A stretch of DNA of 64,000 nt. Source: Lapidilactobacillus wuchangensis (lineage in GTDB: Bacteria > Bacillota > Bacilli > Lactobacillales > Lactobacillaceae). The stretch lies in contig NZ_RHOU01000002.1 in NCBI RefSeq assembly GCF_003946645.1, forward strand, positions 26,488 through 90,487. The letters run 5' to 3'. Both the position numbers and the translations under genes were made by a program. Shown in pieces: positions 58,904 to 64,000 of this stretch. Numbering within the stretch: the first letter of the stretch is position 1; each line of letters begins with the position of its first letter. The notes below the pieces were generated by a model. That model ran no database searches. It was not told the DNA's origin and saw nothing but the letters and a program-made list of their open reading frames with translations.

Positions 58904-59857
58904 TTATGGCAAATCGTTGCCAGCTGCAAAGTAGACATCGTACCATTCTTGCTTCGTTAAGGTGATATCGGCGCCTGCAGCGCTATCTTTAATGTGTGCC
59001 GGATTCATGGTGCCCAGCATAACTTGGACGCTGGCAGGATGCCGTAACAGCCAAGCAACAGCAATGGCGTTTTTGCTAGCATGATACTTGTCGGCTAATT
59101 CAGCTAGCTTATCATTTAGTTCCTTAAATTCTGGATCATTAATGAAAGTACCAGCAAATAGGCCGTGTTGGAATGGCGACCAAGCTTGAATAGTGGTGTT
59201 GGTCCGCCGAGAATATTCCATTAAGCCGCCATCATGGTTGATTGAGCGTGGGTCAGTCATATTAGTGTGCAGGCCGTAATCAATCATGCCAGTGTGAGCG
59301 ATGCTGAATTGCAATTGATTAATGAGCAACCGTTGTGAAACGGCGCCCTGAACCATAGCAACTTGCTCCGGATTAAAGTTAGAAACGCCGAAATGGCGAA
59401 CTTTACCGCTAGCTTGTAGTTCATCGAAGGCTGCGGCAACTTGGTCCAATTCCATTAATGGATCAGGCCGATGTAGTAAAAATGAATCTAAATAATCAAT
59501 TTGCATTCTTTGTAAAATACCGTCAACAGCAGCAATTAAATGCTGTTTCGAGAAGTCATAACGCTTGCCAAAAACTAAACTGCCATGTGAACGAGCGGGA
59601 TCAAAAACAATGCCGCCTTTTGATTGAATAAATAATTGGTCACGATTTAATGAAGATTGCTTAAGCGCGGCCCCGAAAACTTCTTCGGATTTACCCATGC
59701 CATAAATATCTGCTGAGTCGATAAAGTTGATACCAGTATCTACGGCGGTTTCCAAAGTTTTGGCAGCATCAGCTGTTGATAAAACGTTCATCCGCATAAT
59801 GCCTAGAGCTACTGCCGAAGCTTCCCAGTTAGTCTGACCGATTTTGATGTTTTTCAT
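58904..59857 (-). CDS. aldo/keto reductase family oxidoreductase
   Basis: GINFIDSADIYGMGKSEE signature. 317 aa. Confidence 0.85.
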   Translation of the reverse strand: MKNIKIGQTNWEASAVALGIMRMNVLSTADAAKTLETAVDTGINFIDSADIYGMGKSEEVFGAALKQSSLNRDQLFIQSKGGIVFDPARSHGSLVFGKRYDFSKQHLIAAVDGILQRMQIDYLDSFLLHRPDPLMELDQVAAAFDELQASGKVRHFGVSNFNPEQVAMVQGAVSQRLLINQLQFSIAHTGMIDYGLHTNMTDPRSINHDGGLMEYSRRTNTTIQAWSPFQHGLFAGTFINDPEFKELNDKLAELADKYHASKNAIAVAWLLRHPASVQVMLGTMNPAHIKDSAAGADITLTKQEWYDVYFAAGNDLP

Positions 59858-60095
59858 AGTTGTCCTCCTTTAGACAATATCTGTGGCTATCACCACGTTT
59901 AAAAGATGTGTGAAAAATGATATACTCTTGTGTTAGTTCAGTTAAGTCGCGTTTGAAAGAGGGGTCATAGCAGTAATGATTACCACGTCGTCTCATTCAA
60001 TCACGATTACCATAACGAATATTCACAACAATTGCTACTTTAAAACCTCGACCATAGTTTAGGTCAAGGACTTTTTTTAAAAAAGGAGAAAAAAG

Positions 60096-60479
60096 ATGGG
60101 ATTAACAATTTCAGACGCTGCCAATGATACCGGCATTCCGATTACGACGATTCGTTACTACGATAAAATGGGTCTTTTGCCATTCTTGGCGCGCGATGAT
60201 AATAGCCATCGTCATTTCTCGCGCGACGATATTGGGATGCTTGAATTGATCAACTGTTTAAAATGTACCGGCATGCCCTTGGCTAAAATTCGCCAATTTA
60301 TTGAAATGTATGAAGCTGGTGATAGCACTTTGCCGGCACGTCTCGCTTTGGTCAAGCAGCAGAAAAAAGATATTGAAGCACGAATTGCCCAAGATCAAGC
60401 TTATTTAGCCAAAGTTGATTGCAAGATTGAAATTTATCAAAAAGCTGTTGATGAAGCAGAATTAACCAGCAAGAAGTGA
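60096..60479 (+). CDS. MerR-family transcriptional regulator
   Basis: HTH IRYYDKMGLLPFLARDDNSHRHF. Divergent from the AKR gene. Confidence 0.8.
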   Translation: MGLTISDAANDTGIPITTIRYYDKMGLLPFLARDDNSHRHFSRDDIGMLELINCLKCTGMPLAKIRQFIEMYEAGDSTLPARLALVKQQKKDIEARIAQDQAYLAKVDCKIEIYQKAVDEAELTSKK

Positions 60480-60554
60480 CTGATAAATAAAAGGGTCCGA
60501 ATTGTGCCAAGACTTCCCCGATTTTGGCGGTGGTCGCTGGGCAATTTGAATTTT

Positions 60555-60735
60555 AACTAGTTTTGAACAGAATGGCGAACAACTCCGTTGCGGCCGGCCG
60601 CGTTCCACGCCAAGCAGCCCGGAATGGAGTCAGACTCAATTCTGTTTGATCGTATTCACCTGGTTTAATGCTTTTGAACTTTGGATTTCGATTGACTGAA
60701 TCAACATCGGCCACGTTCCGCAACCAGCAAGTCTT
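60555..60735. repeat. BOX-like repeat elements
   Basis: aactccgttgcggccggccgcgttccacgccaagcagcccggaatggagtcagactcaattctgttt and a second gccacgttccgcaaccagcaag copy. Confidence 0.65.
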
Positions 60736-60808
60736 TTTGTTATTCAATGGTCAGGCGGCTCCGATATAATGAGACTAATGGGGCAAACTAATTATTGGAG
60801 GAACAGCA

Positions 60809-62158
60809 ATGAAATCATTCTTTAACTTTTTAGAGCAACGGTTATTACCACCGCTAAATAAAGTTGCCAATACGAAAGTCATTCGGGGGATTATGAATGC
60901 TAGTTTGGCGGCGGTACCGTTTACCATCGTGGCGTCAATATTTTTAATTCTAAATAATTTACCGCAAATTTTGCCAGCTGGCGCAAAATTCTTTCAACAG
61001 ACGATTTTGCGCTTCAGTGGTTTTTATTCTTTAGGAAATACGATGGCACTAGGTTCAATTGCGATTTATTATTCGTTGGCTGTGGGCTATTACTATATTG
61101 AAGAGTACCGCAATGCCGGCGAAACACAGTTGAATGCTTTTACTGGGGCGATTCTGTCGTTGTTCGCATTCCTAATGTCGATTCCGACGATTACTTGGCG
61201 AGATGGCACGGCAACAGGAATGACGACCGCAATTAAGGCTAACACGGGCTCGGTGAGTGGTGTGTCGTTGACCAATGGTTGGTTGACTCGCTTTGGTGGG
61301 ATCGGGATTTTTATTGCGATTATTTTAGGCATTTTGGCGGTGCAACTTTATCGGCTTTGTGTGATTTATCATTGGACGATTAAAATGCCGGCCGGTGTTC
61401 CAGAAGGGGTCAGTCGTTCTTTTGCTTCACTGATTCCGGCCATTTTAATTGCCTTCGTGATGATCGCCATTATTACAATTCTCGGGTTATTAGGCACTGA
61501 TTTGCACGCACTGCTGCTAATTCCTTTTGGTTTTGTCCAAAATCTGACTGGCTCTTGGCTCGGCATGGTTGTGATCCTCTTGTTGATTCATTTATTATGG
61601 ATTGTTGGTGTTCACGGTACCGCGATTATTAAAAACAGTTTTGTGAACCCGATTTTGTTGGTTTTACTGACCGAAAATATTAACGGGGCGCACCATGTTT
61701 TTGCTGGCGACTTTATTAATATGTGGGTTTTCATTGGCGGTGCTGGTGGCACTTTGGGGCTAGTCTTGTTGATGTTATTTAATGCCAAGTCAAAGCAGTT
61801 ACAAGTTTTAGGACGGGCCGCCATTGTGCCGGGAATTTTCAATATTAATGAACCGGTGATCTTTGGGGCGCCAATTGTTTACAATCCTTATTTGATTATT
61901 CCGTTCCTCGTGAATCCAATTGTGTTAGCGTCGACGGCCTATTTCGCCATAAAAGTTGGTTGGGTGTCGGTGGTTAATTCGGCGATGGCTTGGATATTAC
62001 CAGTGGGGATCGGCGCCTGGATCGGGACCAGTGGCAATTTAGGTGCCGTTGTTTTAGCATTCGTTAATTTAATTTTGTCGATCATCATTTACTATCCATT
62101 TTTCAAACTCTATGATCGCAAGTTATTTACTGAAGAAATAAATGGTGCTCAGGATTAA
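60809..62158 (+). CDS. PTS system lactose/cellobiose-family EIIC component (orphan)
   Basis: 10-TM EIIC. N-terminal FNFLEQRLLPPLNKVANTKVIRGI is typical of this family. Confidence 0.8.
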   Translation: MKSFFNFLEQRLLPPLNKVANTKVIRGIMNASLAAVPFTIVASIFLILNNLPQILPAGAKFFQQTILRFSGFYSLGNTMALGSIAIYYSLAVGYYYIEEYRNAGETQLNAFTGAILSLFAFLMSIPTITWRDGTATGMTTAIKANTGSVSGVSLTNGWLTRFGGIGIFIAIILGILAVQLYRLCVIYHWTIKMPAGVPEGVSRSFASLIPAILIAFVMIAIITILGLLGTDLHALLLIPFGFVQNLTGSWLGMVVILLLIHLLWIVGVHGTAIIKNSFVNPILLVLLTENINGAHHVFAGDFINMWVFIGGAGGTLGLVLLMLFNAKSKQLQVLGRAAIVPGIFNINEPVIFGAPIVYNPYLIIPFLVNPIVLASTAYFAIKVGWVSVVNSAMAWILPVGIGAWIGTSGNLGAVVLAFVNLILSIIIYYPFFKLYDRKLFTEEINGAQD

Positions 62159-62307
62159 CTTGCCGATTGTTTTGAAGCGCCAAGTGGCCGTTAATAATGA
62201 TGATTAATTTTTAAATGATTTCGGTAATTAAAGGCACAATAATTGTTTTAATAGTCGTAAAAAGGTTTAATATAAAGGAGTGAGTATAATTTCGGGAGAA
62301 TAATCTT

Positions 62308-62826
62308 ATGACTAAGCAAACAAATACTAATGACAATCAATTCGTGAAAATTTTAGACGGGGTTTCTGAAGGTATCAATGACGCTGAACCAGTATTTTCA
62401 GCACAAGCTGATCCAGTAGCGACTGAAAGCAATGCGAAGCAAGCGTTTCGTTATTTGCTTTGGGGCGTTGTTTCAGTAATCGTCAATTTTGGCACGTTTT
62501 TCATTCTTTACAATGCCTTACATTTAAATTATCAATTTGCGAATATTGTGGCTTGGTTTTTAGGTGTTCAAACCGGATTTTGGGTTGATCGCGTGATTGT
62601 TTTTCGCCACCAATCGAAAACAGTTGGTCGCGAAATGTTGGCGTTCTACGGCACGCGGCTGTTAACGTTCCTAATTGAATCCGCGACTTTATGGGTCGGC
62701 ATTACGCTGTTAAGTGGTAATGGCACGGCTTCGAAAGTTGTCGGTCAAGTCTTGGCCATTATTGGCAACTACATTTTATCCAAGTTCTTTATTTTTAAAA
62801 ATCATCCTGAGCAGGAAGCAAAATAA
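62308..62826 (+). CDS. GtrA-family membrane protein
   Basis: 4-TM protein. LLWGVVSVIVNFGTFFILY start is typical of GtrA. Confidence 0.7.
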   Translation: MTKQTNTNDNQFVKILDGVSEGINDAEPVFSAQADPVATESNAKQAFRYLLWGVVSVIVNFGTFFILYNALHLNYQFANIVAWFLGVQTGFWVDRVIVFRHQSKTVGREMLAFYGTRLLTFLIESATLWVGITLLSGNGTASKVVGQVLAIIGNYILSKFFIFKNHPEQEAK

Positions 62827-62847
62827 TCCATTTACGGGTATCAATCA

Positions 62848-62893
62848 TTAAAAAAGGCCTTAACAATTTTGAAAAATAATTGTTAAGGTCTTT
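62848..62893. terminator. bidirectional terminator (ggccttaacaatt ... aattgttaaggtcttttttt)
   Basis: Perfect 13-bp inverted repeat flanked by A- and T-runs. Confidence 0.7.
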
Positions 62894-62908
62894 TTTTATT
62901 TGCTAGTG

Positions 62909-63478
62909 TTATTGTGGCAGGACAATTTGTAGTTGTGGCCATTGCTGCTGCCAAGTTTTTTTAGCAACTCGTTGTTTGAAAACAGCGATTTTCTCGGGAT
63001 CATTGGCGAAATAGGGCGTTGGCGCAATTACAAACCGAGTTATATCAGCCAAACCATAGGGCAGAAATAATTCTAATTGTTGCGTGCGCGGATTCAAACG
63101 AGCGCCAATGGCAGTACAACGCTCTGGGAAATGACGAATTGCATCACGACTTGAATGATAGGGTGCGGTGTGAGGATTATGGTGATGCATAAAGGCCTGA
63201 TTCTTTAATTCCCAGTTATATTTCGGTTGTGCTTGGCGCAATTGCCGGTTTAACTGGACTGTTTTCTCGTAGGAAATTGTTCGATCAAAGAAAATAATGT
63301 CCACATCACTTTGTTGATCAAATGGTGGTCGACCAGCCAATTTATTCCAAATAAAATTGCGTAAGCTACCAGCGCACAGCCAACTGTCGGCTAAATTCAA
63401 TGTGGCCGTTATTTGCAGAATTTCAAATAATTCTGGTTGCTGAATAATCAAACGCTTTAATGCTGCTTCGTTAAGCAT
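62909..63478 (-). CDS. nucleotidyltransferase-family protein (pol-beta-like minimal NTase; PF06042-like)
   Basis: CAGSLRNFIWNKLAGRPPFDQQSDVDIIFFD fits the GS ... DxD NTase core. AGAGGGGA RBS before MLNEAAL at 63478. Confidence 0.6.
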   Translation of the reverse strand: MLNEAALKRLIIQQPELFEILQITATLNLADSWLCAGSLRNFIWNKLAGRPPFDQQSDVDIIFFDRTISYEKTVQLNRQLRQAQPKYNWELKNQAFMHHHNPHTAPYHSSRDAIRHFPERCTAIGARLNPRTQQLELFLPYGLADITRFVIAPTPYFANDPEKIAVFKQRVAKKTWQQQWPQLQIVLPQ

Positions 63479-63675
63479 GCTAGGTGTCCCCTCTGAAAGA
63501 TTAACTATCGGCTCCATCATACCACGTCCATAGTTGTTGCGACGTTCCACATCTTAGTCCAGTTTTAATGGTGACCGGCCTAGACAAGAAAGTGATTGTA
63601 GTGGAGCTTAATTAATTGAGCCAGCTTCTATGGGCGCGGTAGACTGTCTTTAAAAAGGGAAGGATGTTGAACGAA

Positions 63676-64000
63676 ATGGTGCAAGTTGCGAACTTTAGGG
63701 AGTTGGTTCAGGCCATTACAGCTGAAGCCACAGAAATCACCATCACGCGCAATATTATTGCTTTACATTCGCTTAAATTACCGGCTGGTGTGGTGCTGAA
63801 TGGTGCAGTCCAGGAAAACTTGGCCGTGCCAATGTTGCTATTTACTGCCAGTGATGGAATTGGCGTGACTAGCAACAACCAAATTCGTAATCTTAATATT
63901 CAAACCGCCGTTGATCAGCGGGCGATTTATAATGCCGGTCAAACGGAAGATTTAGGCTCGTTTGTCTTTGAAGATTTAACGATCGTCGGTCAATTTTCTT
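63676..64000 (+). CDS. hypothetical protein, 5' portion only (continues beyond window)
   Basis: AAGGGAAGG RBS. Open frame from the ATG at 63676 (MVQVANFRELVQAITAEATEITITRNI ...) to the window end. Confidence 0.45.
   Translation, partial: MVQVANFRELVQAITAEATEITITRNIIALHSLKLPAGVVLNGAVQENLAVPMLLFTASDGIGVTSNNQIRNLNIQTAVDQRAIYNAGQTEDLGSFVFEDLTIVGQFS

Noticed and set aside
1-64000. CRISPR arrays, tRNA or rRNA genes
   Set aside because: No regularly spaced direct repeats with unique spacers were found. The intergenic repeats are mosaic and palindromic, not CRISPR-like. No tRNA-like cloverleaf signatures (e.g. GGTTCGAATCC) or rRNA-like segments were seen.

Overview
The window is a ~46% GC Lactobacillaceae-like chromosome segment. 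The lineage call is an inference from gene content (PepN, glcU-gdh, Mn ABC transporter, many aldo/keto reductases). It has three parts. (1) Positions 1-7030 hold the upstream portion of a Tn916/ICEBs1-type conjugation module on the minus strand. It runs from a 1270-aa LPXTG adhesin with tandem Cna-B/SpaA-type domains, through an orf24-like small gene, two paralogous HelP/DUF961-like genes and four tandem paralogous small acidic proteins, to an FtsK/SpoIIIE coupling ATPase that runs off the window start. (2) Positions ~7030-21280 form a sharply AT-rich (~30% GC) accessory island with four immunity modules. These are a stand-alone UvrD-family helicase with an acidic C-terminal tail, a complete Type III R-M system (mod/res), a three-gene operon of an SMODS/CD-NTase cyclase plus a Met-less 139-aa protein plus a 2-TM membrane effector (CBASS-like), and a 517-aa Abi/UG-type reverse transcriptase preceded by a ~700-bp ORF-free structured leader. 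Between the helicase and the R-M system lies a heavily decayed IS200/IS605 tnpA fossil, and a 17/19-nt direct repeat brackets the R-M cassette. (3) Positions ~21.3-64 kb are ordinary chromosome. Genes there include a P-type ATPase, several AKRs, MerR regulators, a flotillin/NfeD pair, an MFS transporter, GlcU-Gdh, SDRs, a Zn-ADH, a LysR regulator, a nitroreductase, PepN, a DJ-1 family protein, a CPBP protease, a Mn/Zn-type ABC transporter, a PTS EIIC and GtrA. Intergenic spaces in this part are populated by a BOX-like mosaic repeat family with recurring modules, including three 500-700 bp composite clusters with the same module order. A frameshifted Fe-ADH pseudogene and a DUF2971 gene in a small AT-rich islet are also present. 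No tRNA, rRNA or CRISPR array was recognised.
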